Numbered from the stretch's first letter, positions 8,675 through 18,463 are shown. The stretch: 64,000 nucleotides of DNA from Candidatus Peregrinibacteria bacterium (GCA_016196295.1 JACPYA010000027.1:2075-66074); one strand, 5' to 3'. Numbers and translations are program-made. The notes: generated from the sequence alone by a model not told the origin.

Positions 8675-9406
8675 ATGCCTCAGATTCCACTCATGCAAAC
8701 CCGCGGCCTCCACAAGTCTTATTTCAACGACGGACTCGAGACACCCGTCCTCTTCGACGTGAACCTCGTCATCGAGAAAGGAGAATTCGTCGCGATCATG
8801 GGGCCCTCCGGTTCCGGCAAATCCACCCTCATGCACATCCTCGGCTTCCTCGATCATCATACGAAGGGGGAGTACCTCTTCCAGGGTGAGCCGACGCAGC
8901 GCATGACGGACGATGCCCTGGCAAAGATCCGCGCGACGCGCGTGAGCTTCGTCTTTCAAGCATTCAATTTGCTGCCGCGGACGACCGTCCTCGGAAATGT
9001 CATGCTCCCGCTCCTGTACCACCCGACGATTCCGCCGAGCGAACGCCATGATCGAGCGCTCAAGGCGATCGAGACCGTCGGCCTCATGGATCGCAAAGAT
9101 TTTTACAGCAGCCAGCTCTCCGGCGGCCAGAAGCAGCGCGTCGCGATCGCGCGTGCGCTCGTGACGGAGCCGGACGTGATTTTCGCCGACGAGCCGACCG
9201 GGAACCTGGATTCAGCCTCCGGCATTCAAGTGATGGAAGCCCTCCAGACCCTCCACGATCACGGTCATACGATCATCCTCGTGACGCACGAGAAGACGAC
9301 CGCGGAGCACGCGGAGCGGATCATCCGCATCAAAGACGGGCGCATCGAGTCCGATACGAAAGAATTCAAGCGCGTGATCGCCACGAAGAATGCTTCCCTT
9401 AAGTAA
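8675..9406 (+). CDS. ABC transporter ATP-binding protein (MacB/LolD type)
   Basis: Walker [11 protein letters not shown], signature [15 protein letters not shown], Walker [12 protein letters not shown]. Confidence 0.9.
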   Translation: MPQIPLMQTRGLHKSYFNDGLETPVLFDVNLVIEKGEFVAIMGPSGSGKSTLMHILGFLDHHTKGEYLFQGEPTQRMTDDALAKIRATRVSFVFQAFNLLPRTTVLGNVMLPLLYHPTIPPSERHDRALKAIETVGLMDRKDFYSSQLSGGQKQRVAIARALVTEPDVIFADEPTGNLDSASGIQVMEALQTLHDHGHTIILVTHEKTTAEHAERIIRIKDGRIESDTKEFKRVIATKNASLK

Positions 9407-9515
9407 CCATGGCTACATGGACTCATTGTTACATTGTTCGCAGGCGATTCGCCGAGTGCTTTCTGTATCAATCATATCTACGATGCTTTGCTAACAATGT
9501 AACCATGTAACAATG
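9404..9515. repeat. inverted octamer arrays: (CATnGnTA)x4 ... 46-nt spacer ... (GTAACAAT)x3
   Basis: The left arm begins at the ATPase stop (TAA 9404-9406). The right arm ends in the permease start codon (aacaATG, 9513). Inner stem 9429-9442 / 9489-9502 has one mismatch. Confidence 0.9.
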
Positions 9516-10754
9516 CGTATCGATGATCTCTTCGACACGGCTATTCGCGGAGTGACCACGAACCTCACACGGTCCTTCCTCACGATGCTCGGCATCATCA
9601 TCGGCGTTGGCTCCGTCATCCTCATGAGCGCCGTGGGAGCCTCCATGAAGGGCGTGATTCTCGGCCAGGTGAGCAGCCTCGGCGCGAAGAGCATGGTGAT
9701 CTTCCCCGGACAGGAAGAGGGCGGCGCGCAAGCCGTGATGACGGGGTTCGACAGTCTCACCTTCGACGATCTCGAGGCACTCGAGAAACTTCCATCGATT
9801 TCCAATCTCGCGCCCGCAATCTTCATGAGCGGCAAGGCATCGTACAATCGCGAAGAAGCGACGCCCCAAGTGATCGGCGTCACGGAGGAATTCTTCCGCA
9901 ATCAGAACGTGGAGGCGCAGATCGGGCGCCTGATCGATAGTGCCGACGATGAAGGGGGACGTTCCGTCGCGCTGCTTGGCTCCGAAACGGCGGAGGAACT
10001 CTTCGGCGAGATCAACCCTCTCGGCAAGCGGGTCCAGGTGGGCGACCACACCTTCACGGTCATCGGCGTAGCGAAACCCCTGGGCGCCCAGTTCTTCCAG
10101 AGCGCCGACAATCGCATCTACGTGCCGTTCAAAACGTCGCAGGACATCACCGGACAGAAGTACATAAATCAGATCACGATGCTTGCGACGGATAGCTTCG
10201 ACCTCGCATTTGCGGATGTCCGCTACCTCTTGCGACAGCGCCATGGGATCTCCGTTCCCAGCGATCATCCCGTGCAGGATCAACACGAAAAAGACGACTT
10301 CATCGTCCATTCGTCGGAGGAAGCCACCACCATTCTCGGTTCGGTGTCACTTGGCCTCACGCTCTTCATCACGACCATCGCCGCGATCTCGCTCATCGTC
10401 GGCGGCATCGGTATCATGAACATCATGCTCGTCTCCGTGAAGGAGCGCACCCGCGAGATCGGGCTTCGCAAAGCCGTCGGTGCGCGTGGGCGGGACATCC
10501 TCTTTCAATTCCTCACGGAAGCGGTGCTCCTCACGACCATCGGCGGCATCATCGGGCTCCTGATCGGCCTCTTCCTTGCGTGGATCATCGCATCCTTCGT
10601 GACAAACATCCTCTCGACGTACGTTTTTGCGATCTCTCTTCCCTCCATCCTCGCGGCGCTCGCGATGGCCGGCGGTACGGGTCTGATCTTCGGCATTTCT
10701 CCCGCACGCCGCGCCGCCAAACTCCCCCCCATGGAAGCACTCCGTTACGAATAA
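9513..10754 (+). CDS. ABC transporter permease (MacB/FtsX family) 1
   Basis: N-terminal TM LTMLGIIIGVGSVILM, large extracytoplasmic domain, and a C-terminal FtsX-type 3-TM bundle with ERTREIGLRKAVGAR. Confidence 0.85.
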   Translation: MRIDDLFDTAIRGVTTNLTRSFLTMLGIIIGVGSVILMSAVGASMKGVILGQVSSLGAKSMVIFPGQEEGGAQAVMTGFDSLTFDDLEALEKLPSISNLAPAIFMSGKASYNREEATPQVIGVTEEFFRNQNVEAQIGRLIDSADDEGGRSVALLGSETAEELFGEINPLGKRVQVGDHTFTVIGVAKPLGAQFFQSADNRIYVPFKTSQDITGQKYINQITMLATDSFDLAFADVRYLLRQRHGISVPSDHPVQDQHEKDDFIVHSSEEATTILGSVSLGLTLFITTIAAISLIVGGIGIMNIMLVSVKERTREIGLRKAVGARGRDILFQFLTEAVLLTTIGGIIGLLIGLFLAWIIASFVTNILSTYVFAISLPSILAALAMAGGTGLIFGISPARRAAKLPPMEALRYE

Positions 10755-10771
10755 TCCCAGCGCCCTCTCTC

Positions 10772-11989
10772 ATGTTCTATCAAGACCTCCTCCACTCGGC
10801 TCTCGGTGGCATCGCCGCCAATAAACTGCGCAGCATCCTGACGATGCTCGGCATCATCATCGGCGTGGGCTCCGTCGTGCTGATGGTCTCACTCGGCAAT
10901 ACGTTCCAGACCTACATCCTCATGCAGATCGAGAGCGTCGGCGGGGGCAACTCGCTCGAGATCTACCCGAAGGGCTTCGAACAGTTCGGCGGCGACCTCG
11001 GCTCGCTCACGTACGAGGACTTCGAGGCAGTCGATCGGCTCACGACGACGGAGCGCGTGACGCCGGTGATCATCGTGAGCCAGGGCGTGCACTACGGAAA
11101 CGAAGACCTCACGCCGTTCACGTTCGGCGCGTACGACGTGTTCTTCGGCAATTACGGGATGAAGCTCGATCGCGGGCGCCTGCTCGACGAGAATGACGAG
11201 AGGGGAGCGAAGAATGTGACGGTCATCGGCTCCGCAACGGCGGAGGATCTCTTCGGCGACGGCGATCCTCTGGGGCAGCGCATCGCGATCGGGCCGGAGA
11301 CCTTCACGGTCGTCGGTCTCCTGGAGCCTTTTGAATCCGCGCTCCTGCAGCAGCTCAACGAAGCCGTCGTCCTTCCTTTCAGCACGGCACGCGCGCTCAC
11401 GGGGCAGAAGCACATCAGCTACATCATCCTGAAAACAGTCGGCGATCCTCTGCTCGCAAAGCAGGATGTGACCGCGGCCCTGCGCCAGCAACACCGCATC
11501 GACAATCCCGAAGATGACCCCGACAAAGACGACTTCATCGCGCGCGGGTCAGATCAAATCACCGGCATCATCGGCACTGTGACGCTCGGGCTCACGGTCT
11601 TCCTCTCACTCGTCGCGGGCATCTCGCTCCTCGTCGGTGGCATCGGGATCATGAACATCATGCTTGTCTCCGTTACCGAGCGCACCCGCGAGATCGGGCT
11701 TCGCAAAGCCGTCGGCGCACGCAAGCGAGACATTCTTCTGCAATTCCTGCTCGAAGCCGTGTTCCTCACGCTCAGCGGCGGCCTCGTCGGCATCCTTGGC
11801 GGGGGACTGCTCGGCTGGCTGATCGCCCAGGCGGCCTCCGGCTTCCTCGGGCAATTGGACTTCGTCCTCTCCGCCTCCGCGGTTCTCCTCGCAGTCGGCA
11901 TGGCGGTCGGTACGGGCCTCGTGTTCGGCATGTATCCGGCGAAGCGGGCGTCGAACTTGAGCCCGATGGAGGCGTTGCGGTTTGAGTGA
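10772..11989 (+). CDS. ABC transporter permease (MacB/FtsX family) 2
   Basis: Paralogue of the preceding gene (LRSILTMLGIIIGVGSVV, ERTREIGLRKAVGAR). Start taken at MFYQDLL; the upstream part of the ORF overlaps permease 1. Confidence 0.85.
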   Translation: MFYQDLLHSALGGIAANKLRSILTMLGIIIGVGSVVLMVSLGNTFQTYILMQIESVGGGNSLEIYPKGFEQFGGDLGSLTYEDFEAVDRLTTTERVTPVIIVSQGVHYGNEDLTPFTFGAYDVFFGNYGMKLDRGRLLDENDERGAKNVTVIGSATAEDLFGDGDPLGQRIAIGPETFTVVGLLEPFESALLQQLNEAVVLPFSTARALTGQKHISYIILKTVGDPLLAKQDVTAALRQQHRIDNPEDDPDKDDFIARGSDQITGIIGTVTLGLTVFLSLVAGISLLVGGIGIMNIMLVSVTERTREIGLRKAVGARKRDILLQFLLEAVFLTLSGGLVGILGGGLLGWLIAQAASGFLGQLDFVLSASAVLLAVGMAVGTGLVFGMYPAKRASNLSPMEALRFE

Positions 11990-12192
11990 TCGCCCCCCCA
12001 AAAAAACGTCATGAGCAGGAACATGTATCCGGTGTGCGAGGCGGGGAGGTGCGTGTTACAGGAAGGCCTGCAGTGAAGAATCGGAGTCCGAGCAGAATTT
12101 CTTTGACTTCTTCGGGAGATTCTCAAGAATGCAAGGCGAGTTAGGCGTTTCGGGATTTGGTTGGTCCGCTTGAAAGGAGGTGCTTAACTTTT

Positions 12193-12240
12193 GAGGTCAG
12201 GGCACGGTTCCTCTTACACCCCGCTCTGACCTCTTTTTTC
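12193..12240 (+). terminator. possible intrinsic terminator (GAGGTCAG ... CTGACCTC + TTTTTT)
   Basis: 8-bp stem with a large loop followed by T6, ~200 nt downstream of the permease operon. Confidence 0.35.
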
Positions 12241-12274
12241 GAAAAAACCGCGGCCCCGCAAGGCGGGGCTGCGG
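12241..12274 (-). terminator. intrinsic terminator of the protease gene
   Basis: On the minus strand: CCGCAGCCCCGCC-ttgc-GGGGCCGCGG followed by TTTTTTC, 15 nt after the stop. Confidence 0.7.
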
Positions 12275-12288
12275 TGAGAGAATGCTGA

Positions 12289-13593
12289 TTAGTACGAACC
12301 GACGTTCAGGAGCGATTCGCTGTAGGAGTCCGGGTCCTCCGTGAATCCGTTTGCGCCGTCCTGCTCGAAGCCGTCATTCACGAGCGCGTCACGCACCGCG
12401 GCCACGTCGGATGCGTTGCTCGGGTTGCCGTGCGATGCGATGTACAAGGCCGCTGCGCCGGCGACATGCGGGCTCGCCATGCTTGTGCCGCTGATCGTCG
12501 CGTACTTGCCGCCTTTCCAGGTAGACGTGATGCACACGCCCGGCGCCGCGATATCGACGACGTAGCCGTAGTTGCTGAAGTTCGCGAAACTGTCATCGGT
12601 GTCGCTGCGGCAGGTCGGGCTCGCGCCTCCGCCCGGCTGGCCGTTGAAGTCGGCGATGGCGGAGACGGTGATCACTTTCGGATGATTCGCCGGGCTGAAG
12701 CTCTGCGCGTCCGCGCTCGAGTTGCCCGCGGCGACCGCGTAGACGACACCCGCGTCGATCGAGCGATCGAGAGCGGCGTTCAGCGCCGAACTCTGGCACT
12801 GACAGCCGAGGCTCATGTTGGCCACTTCGATCTCGTTTGCGTGGGCTGTGACGTAGTCGATGCCCTTGATGATGTCGGACATTTTCCCGGAACCGTTGCG
12901 ATTGAGCACCTTCACCGACCAGATGCGCGCGCCCGGAGCGACCCCGACGACGCCCGCAGAGTTGTCCTTTGCGCCGATGATGCCGGCGACGTGGGTGCCG
13001 TGGCCGTTCAAATCGTCTTTCGACGCATCCGTCGAGTACTTCACCTGCTGCACGACGTTTAAGTCCGGATGGCTCTTCTGCACGCCCGTGTCCAGCACCG
13101 CGACGTCTACATCGACGCGGTTGTCCGATCCGTTGATGTTCGCCGTCGGGCTCGCATCGGCTTCGATGCGGTTGATGCCGGTGGGAAGAGACTGCACCGA
13201 AACAACCGGAGAGGATTTGTGCCTGAATGCGTAGACAACGAAGTCCGGTTCGATCACTTCGACGCGGGAGTCCAGTTTCAGCGCTTCCACTTGGGCAGCA
13301 TCGAGCGTGAGCGCCATGCCCTTGATCCGCTCGTAGAGTTCTTTCTTCTGACTGAGTTTGTGCTGGCGGATGAACTCCTCGATGTCGCCGAGTTCTCCGA
13401 TGTTCTCTTTGAAGATCACGATGTACTGGCCCGGGACGGCTTCGGAAGCGACGACCGCCTGATCGGCGAAGTCCGTCGCGCTCTCATCGGCGCTCACGGC
13501 GGGGAGGAACCCCATCATCGACGCGAGCAGCGTGGCGTAGGCCATCATGCGTGCTGAACCTTTGAACATAGAAAAAAATGATGAAAGAAACAA
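12289..13593 (-). CDS. secreted subtilisin-like serine protease (peptidase S8 with I9-type propeptide)
   Basis: Signal peptide plus catalytic triad motifs VAVLDTGV, HGTHVAGIIGA and SGTSMASPHVAGAAAL. Confidence 0.9.
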   Translation of the reverse strand: MFLSSFFSMFKGSARMMAYATLLASMMGFLPAVSADESATDFADQAVVASEAVPGQYIVIFKENIGELGDIEEFIRQHKLSQKKELYERIKGMALTLDAAQVEALKLDSRVEVIEPDFVVYAFRHKSSPVVSVQSLPTGINRIEADASPTANINGSDNRVDVDVAVLDTGVQKSHPDLNVVQQVKYSTDASKDDLNGHGTHVAGIIGAKDNSAGVVGVAPGARIWSVKVLNRNGSGKMSDIIKGIDYVTAHANEIEVANMSLGCQCQSSALNAALDRSIDAGVVYAVAAGNSSADAQSFSPANHPKVITVSAIADFNGQPGGGASPTCRSDTDDSFANFSNYGYVVDIAAPGVCITSTWKGGKYATISGTSMASPHVAGAAALYIASHGNPSNASDVAAVRDALVNDGFEQDGANGFTEDPDSYSESLLNVGSY

Positions 13594-13901
13594 AGCGTCG
13601 GAACGGTACTTGTCGATTTTTTCATGTCAAAAAAAAGTCCAGATAAAATCATTGGACGTGAAAGTTTTGCCTATCTGTCGCGCCTGTTCCTCTTTGTACT
13701 CTTTTCTTTCCAAGAATCCATTGCACACCACTGTGATCTTGATAGCAAGATCTCTCCTGTAATTTTAGAACATCGATTCCCAGCCCGTCATCCTTGCTCA
13801 TTCATGGCCTCCCTCGAAAAATATTACAGCTATCTTGTGCATTTTTTGTATTCCTGATGCCAGAAACTTGCTCTTGTGTTCAGACGAGCCGCTCCTAGGA
13901 T

Positions 13902-13917
13902 AGGGGAATATTCCCCT
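13902..13917. promoter_or_regulatory. 16-bp perfect palindrome AGGGGAAT|ATTCCCCT upstream of the RTX-like gene
   Basis: Read directly. It lies ~50 nt upstream of the signal-peptide Met (13967). Function is unknown (operator or 5'-UTR hairpin). Confidence 0.4.
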
Positions 13918-13924
13918 CCGTACT

Positions 13925-16627
13925 ATGATTTTGCGTGTTGTCCATGCCCGCGAGAGCCGCAAGGCGATGAGTATTCTTTCGGGTGCCGGTCTTCTCTTCT
14001 CCATGCTCTTCCTCGGTGGCCAGAGCGTTCTCGCCGTCGGCGAGACCTGTAACGGCCTTCCCGCGACCCAGGTCGGAACGAGCGGCGTCGATCTCATGGA
14101 AGGAACGACGGGCAACGATGTGATCGTCGCGCTCGGGGGAATCGATACGATTCACGGCAATGGAGGGAACGATACGGTCTGCGCGGGGGATGGCAACGAT
14201 GTCGTCGTCACGGGGTCCGGAAACGACTGGGTCGATGGAGGCAATCAGAATGACAATATCGACGTGGGAGACGGCCACGACACGGTTTTCGGGGGCAGCG
14301 GCAATGATCATATTGAAGGAGGTGATGGCAACGACGTCATCTACGGGGAGAACAATGACGACAATATCGACGGAGGGGACGGTGACGACGAGATCCACGG
14401 CGGCAACAACGAGGACACGATCGAAGGAGGCGACGGCGACGACCGGCTCTTCGGGGACAACCACGCGGATACCATCGACGGTGGCAACGGCAACGATCTC
14501 TGCGATCTCGGAGCGAACGGACTCCTGAGCATCCGCTGCGAAGCAACGGGAGCCGGCATCATCACGATCATCAAGGATGCGATCCCGGACGGGGCGCAGG
14601 ACTTCAACTTCACCGGCGGACTCGGTGCGTTCTCCCTGGATGATGACGCGGACGGGACGCTGCCCGCAAGCATCGTATTCAACAAACCGGCAGGCAGCTA
14701 CGGCGTGCAAGAGAGCGCCCTTCCTGCGGGCTGGTCGCTCGTCGATATCACATGTTCGGATGCCGAGAGCGTGATCGACGAGGGCAACGCCTCGGTCTTG
14801 ATCGACCTCGACAACGGCGAGAGCGTCACCTGCACGTTCGTGAACGAGCAGAGCGTCTGTGGAGACGGCGTCGATAGCACGGGCGAAGAGTGCGATGATG
14901 GCAATGTGACCCCCGGTGACGGCTGCGATGCAGTGTGCCATGTGGAGTTCTGCGGCGACGGATCGATCAACGACAGCGGCACCGAGCAGTGTGACGACGG
15001 CAACGCGGCTTCCGGCGACGGCTGCACCGCGGCCTGTCTCGATGAATTCTGCGGGGATGCCGTGACGAACGACAACGGCTCCGAGCAGTGCGACAACGGC
15101 GCCGGCAATTCCGACACGCTCCCCAATGCTTGTCGTTCGGACTGTCAGAACGCTGTCTGTGGAGACGGCGTCCAGGACAACGGCGAGGTCTGCGATGACG
15201 GCAACCAGGACAATGGCGACGGCTGCACGAACACCTGCACGGTCTCCTCCTGCGGCAACGGCGTCACGGAGGGAGGCGAAGAGTGCGACGATGGCAATCA
15301 GAACAACGAAGACAGCTGCTTGAACCAGTGTCTGCTTCCGTACTGCGGCGACGGCCAGGTCCGTGACGGCGAAGATTGCGACGACGGCAACATCGGCAAT
15401 GCCGACGGATGTTCGTCTTCCTGCGAAGAGGAAGACGGCTTTGACTGCGACGACGATGATGGCGGCCCGAGCGTCTGCGAGTCCGAGTGCGGCGACGGGC
15501 TGCGCGTCGGAGCCGAGGAATGTGATGACGATAATGACGACGATGGTGACGGCTGCTCCGCGCTCTGCGAAGAAGAGGAGGGCTACATCTGCCAAGAGCC
15601 GAACGCCGGCGCGCCAAGCGTCTGCGCGACGCAGTGCGGGGACGGCAAAGTGACGAGTGTCGAACAGTGCGACGACGGCAACACGGCAAACGGCGACGGA
15701 TGCTCCAACACGTGCGCGGAGGAGTCCGGTTGGACATGCTCGGAGACGGCTCTGCCGCCTGCGGCACTTCCGGGCCCGAGCTCCTGTTCGACGATCTGCA
15801 ATGACGGCGTGCTCACGGGACCGGAACAGTGCGAGGACGGCAATGTCGCCCCGGGTGACGGCTGCTCTGCGACCTGCCGCTTCGAGACGAGCAGTTCTTC
15901 CGTCAGCTCCGCAGGATCTTCCGAAGGAGCATCGTCCGACGGAGGAGCGTCTGAGGGCAGCGCGAGCAGCGCTGCGAGCGGTGGAGGAACAAGCAGCGCC
16001 GGCAGCACCGAGGTCTCGGGACTCAGCGTGCCGGACAGAAATCCCGGCGAAGGCAAGACCCGCGGGCACGAGACGCACGTCTTGAACGCCGCGGCAAACG
16101 AACTCTTCTCGAGACGGTTCGCAAACGGTGACGTCGCTCCCGGAGCGTTCGGAGGCGGAGACGACATTCCTCTGACGGCGGGCGAGAAAGATCTGCTCTG
16201 CAGCATGCAGCGCGCCCTGCCTCGATTCGCGGATGGGATCATCCTCGACTGGCTCAGCGGCCACATCGGCAATCTTCTCAGTCGCGAGCCTGCCATGATC
16301 CGCGAGGCGCTCCTCGATATCGATCTCTGCAGCGACTACACGGCCTACCGGCCGTCACTCTACGGGTTTGACGCCGTGCCGAAGCTGCCGGAGCGACCTG
16401 CAAAACCGATCTGGGTCGCATCCGATGGGTTGCCGTGGTCCAAGACGAATGATCTCTGGAACCTCTGCGTTCGCAATCCACGCCTCGTGACGGTCGCGGA
16501 CATCCGCGCCAATCCGGATCGTGACGATCGCGGCCGGCCGCTGACCTGCAGCGACTACGCCTTCGATGTGCCACCCGGACAAGGCCGCGTGCTAGAACGG
16601 AAGCTTGTAAGAGATTCTGATACGTAA
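13925..16627 (+). CDS. large secreted protein: RTX-type Ca-binding repeats + Ig-like domain + ~14 cysteine-rich (CxDGxxxxGEECDDGNxxxGDGC) repeats + Ser-rich linker + C-terminal domain
   Basis: GNGGNDTVCAGDGNDVVVTGSGNDWVDGG nonapeptide repeats, plus repeated CGDG..EECDDGN..GDGC units of the Myxococcus cysteine-rich-repeat type. Likely start at Met15 (13967), which gives signal peptide MSILSGAGLLFSMLFLGG. Confidence 0.8.
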   Translation: MILRVVHARESRKAMSILSGAGLLFSMLFLGGQSVLAVGETCNGLPATQVGTSGVDLMEGTTGNDVIVALGGIDTIHGNGGNDTVCAGDGNDVVVTGSGNDWVDGGNQNDNIDVGDGHDTVFGGSGNDHIEGGDGNDVIYGENNDDNIDGGDGDDEIHGGNNEDTIEGGDGDDRLFGDNHADTIDGGNGNDLCDLGANGLLSIRCEATGAGIITIIKDAIPDGAQDFNFTGGLGAFSLDDDADGTLPASIVFNKPAGSYGVQESALPAGWSLVDITCSDAESVIDEGNASVLIDLDNGESVTCTFVNEQSVCGDGVDSTGEECDDGNVTPGDGCDAVCHVEFCGDGSINDSGTEQCDDGNAASGDGCTAACLDEFCGDAVTNDNGSEQCDNGAGNSDTLPNACRSDCQNAVCGDGVQDNGEVCDDGNQDNGDGCTNTCTVSSCGNGVTEGGEECDDGNQNNEDSCLNQCLLPYCGDGQVRDGEDCDDGNIGNADGCSSSCEEEDGFDCDDDDGGPSVCESECGDGLRVGAEECDDDNDDDGDGCSALCEEEEGYICQEPNAGAPSVCATQCGDGKVTSVEQCDDGNTANGDGCSNTCAEESGWTCSETALPPAALPGPSSCSTICNDGVLTGPEQCEDGNVAPGDGCSATCRFETSSSSVSSAGSSEGASSDGGASEGSASSAASGGGTSSAGSTEVSGLSVPDRNPGEGKTRGHETHVLNAAANELFSRRFANGDVAPGAFGGGDDIPLTAGEKDLLCSMQRALPRFADGIILDWLSGHIGNLLSREPAMIREALLDIDLCSDYTAYRPSLYGFDAVPKLPERPAKPIWVASDGLPWSKTNDLWNLCVRNPRLVTVADIRANPDRDDRGRPLTCSDYAFDVPPGQGRVLERKLVRDSDT

Positions 16628-16661
16628 AAAAGGCCCGGTCCTCGAAAAGGATCGGCCTTTT
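16626..16661. terminator. bidirectional intrinsic terminator between convergent genes
   Basis: AAAAAAGGCCCGGTCC-tcgaaaa-GGATCGGCCTTTT: imperfect GC stem flanked by an A-run and a T-run. Confidence 0.6.
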
Positions 16662-16670
16662 AATGACTCC

Positions 16671-17648
16671 TTACCCTCGATGCTCTTCAATAAACTCTAT
16701 CGGATGCACCGTGTGTCGCTCAGCTTCCTCTTCCGCGGGGATGGAAGATGGTGCGTAAGGGATGTGCTCACGTTCGCCCGGCTGTCCGCGGTCGATCTGC
16801 AAATGGAGGTGCGGACCGCTCGTGTTGCCCGTGAGGCCGACCGTGCCGATCGTCTGGCCGGCTCTGACGTCCTCACCTGTCTGCACGGATGCGGCATCGA
16901 GATGCGCGTAGACCGCATAGTAGGTGTCATCGCCGATGCGGTGTTCGATCACGACATACGTGCCGAGATTCTCTGTACGTTGCACTGCGTTCACGCGGCC
17001 GCCACCGATGCTCGCGATGGGCGTCTCGCGCGCGAGCTTCAAATCCACTCCCGGATGCCTGCCGGTGTATTCACCTGCATCGAGGTCATACGCGGAGAAG
17101 TGCCGGGTGGAGTAGAAGAGCTTCGTCGTGATCTCGTCGATGTGCGCGTTGCGATGTTTCAGGAGCAGCGTGAGTGGCGTCGTGAGCACGTCGAGGTCGT
17201 AGGCGGGGAACGACACGAAATCTTCTTGGCTCATTTCCCGGAAGGTTCTGTTCCACTCCTGCGGCGTGCGCATCGCGCCCCAGTTCGGAGCGTTCGGAAC
17301 AGGATAGGTTGCCTGACCGAAGGCGGGGAATGGCGCGCCATGCCTCACCCCGACCGATCCCGAGATGAATCGATCGGGAATGACCGTGAGCAGCGGGGAG
17401 AGGTGCGTGACGATCTTCGGAAGACTCGGAAATGCAAAGGCGTTTCGAAGCATCCGAATCTCGCGTCTTCGTTCGACGCGTTCAATGAGGGTAAGCTGTC
17501 GGGGTCCGATGTCCGCGGTGTACGGTGCCTGAGACAGGGCGAGGATGCTTCCCAGAGTGATCCCCAGAGCCGACCCGACGAGGATCGGGAGGACATCTTT
17601 TCGATGCGCCTGGAGCCATGTTTTTGAGCGTTTGTTTGTTTTGGTCAC
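16671..17648 (-). CDS. M23 family metallopeptidase (LytM-type), membrane anchored
   Basis: HPGVDLK, YAHLD and GNTSGPHLHLQI motifs, with an N-terminal TM. Confidence 0.85.
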   Translation of the reverse strand: MTKTNKRSKTWLQAHRKDVLPILVGSALGITLGSILALSQAPYTADIGPRQLTLIERVERRREIRMLRNAFAFPSLPKIVTHLSPLLTVIPDRFISGSVGVRHGAPFPAFGQATYPVPNAPNWGAMRTPQEWNRTFREMSQEDFVSFPAYDLDVLTTPLTLLLKHRNAHIDEITTKLFYSTRHFSAYDLDAGEYTGRHPGVDLKLARETPIASIGGGRVNAVQRTENLGTYVVIEHRIGDDTYYAVYAHLDAASVQTGEDVRAGQTIGTVGLTGNTSGPHLHLQIDRGQPGEREHIPYAPSSIPAEEEAERHTVHPIEFIEEHRG

Positions 17649-17719
17649 AACAGGTAATTATAGCATATTTTATATATTTATGCCATTTTAGGTTTATTCC
17701 TGCTGTAAGCCAAAGTCTT

Positions 17720-18463
17720 TTATTCTTCGCCTTTATCCGGCTCTTTATCGCTCTCGATGTCAGCTTGCTTCACGAAGGTACGCATTTTTATCTGAGAGGA
17801 CGTCTGAATGAGTCGATCTTTCCATTCGTCAAAATTGGAGATCGCGCGCTCTGCAAAGTTCTCCATTTTGAGGTTGTTTCGACCCGCAAGTTTCTGCAAT
17901 GTTTTATATGCGATATCTTCCGACAACTCCAATCGATCCATGATAATCGCTTTTGCGAGATAGATGTTTTTCACTTCTTCGGGCGTGCGAATGCGGGCTT
18001 TTTTCTCAACTGAAGTGTGCTTTTTTTTCATGCGCTTATCAGTGAGACTTACAAGTGTCTTAAAAACAGGGAAGAGCTCTTTTACTCGTTGATCAGCCGG
18101 ATCAATTTTTGCATCGTCAGCGGAGAGCTCCTGATATGCCTTGAATGAGTGACTGACGAGATGAGTCGCATGGTCCATGCCGACTCTCATCGTCTGAGAA
18201 AGTCTATGCAACAAGTTTTCTGCTTGTTCATGCGACAATTCGAAATGCTGGCATAAACATTGTAATGCATGTTCTTTTGCAATGACGTCTGTGTAGAGGC
18301 GTTCACAGGCGACAGTTTCCTGCAGTAATGCTGCAACATGACTGCGCACTGTGCCGATCAGCAACGTTCGTTGGCTTGGTTTCAAATCAGGCGCTTCGAG
18401 AAGCCGGAGGGCTTCATCAATAGCCTTCTCATGCGTTTCCGTCAGATGCGAGAGTGAAGACAC
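17720..18463 (-). CDS. putative ANTAR-domain RNA-binding regulator
   Basis: C-terminal IYLAKAIIMDRLELSEDIAYKTLQKLAGRNNLKMENFAERAI fits the ANTAR three-helix pattern. A weaker second copy lies at HALQCLCQHFELSHEQAENLLHRLSQ. Lower-GC region. Confidence 0.45.
   Translation of the reverse strand: MSSLSHLTETHEKAIDEALRLLEAPDLKPSQRTLLIGTVRSHVAALLQETVACERLYTDVIAKEHALQCLCQHFELSHEQAENLLHRLSQTMRVGMDHATHLVSHSFKAYQELSADDAKIDPADQRVKELFPVFKTLVSLTDKRMKKKHTSVEKKARIRTPEEVKNIYLAKAIIMDRLELSEDIAYKTLQKLAGRNNLKMENFAERAISNFDEWKDRLIQTSSQIKMRTFVKQADIESDKEPDKGEE

Noticed and set aside
12167-12228. Strong SD-like AAAGGAGGTG followed 8 nt later by a TTG-initiated 12-codon micro-ORF (MRSGHGSSYTPL) ending within the terminator stem.
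   Set aside because: It is too short and has no supporting context. It could be a chance combination in a 300-nt terminator region, and I cannot assess conservation.
13895-16264. 789-aa ORF antisense to the RTX/cysteine-rich-repeat gene. Similar long antisense ORFs occur at 2653-3885, 19260-20705, 25137-26216, 35158-36528, 38870-39904, 40772-42823, 45228-45992, 49977-51437, 52991-54553, 57898-59499 and 61392-62943.
   Set aside because: Each lies opposite a gene with clear family motifs. Their translations are Arg/Ala/Gly/Asp-rich low-complexity sequence, typical of shadow ORFs in GC-rich DNA where stop codons are rare.
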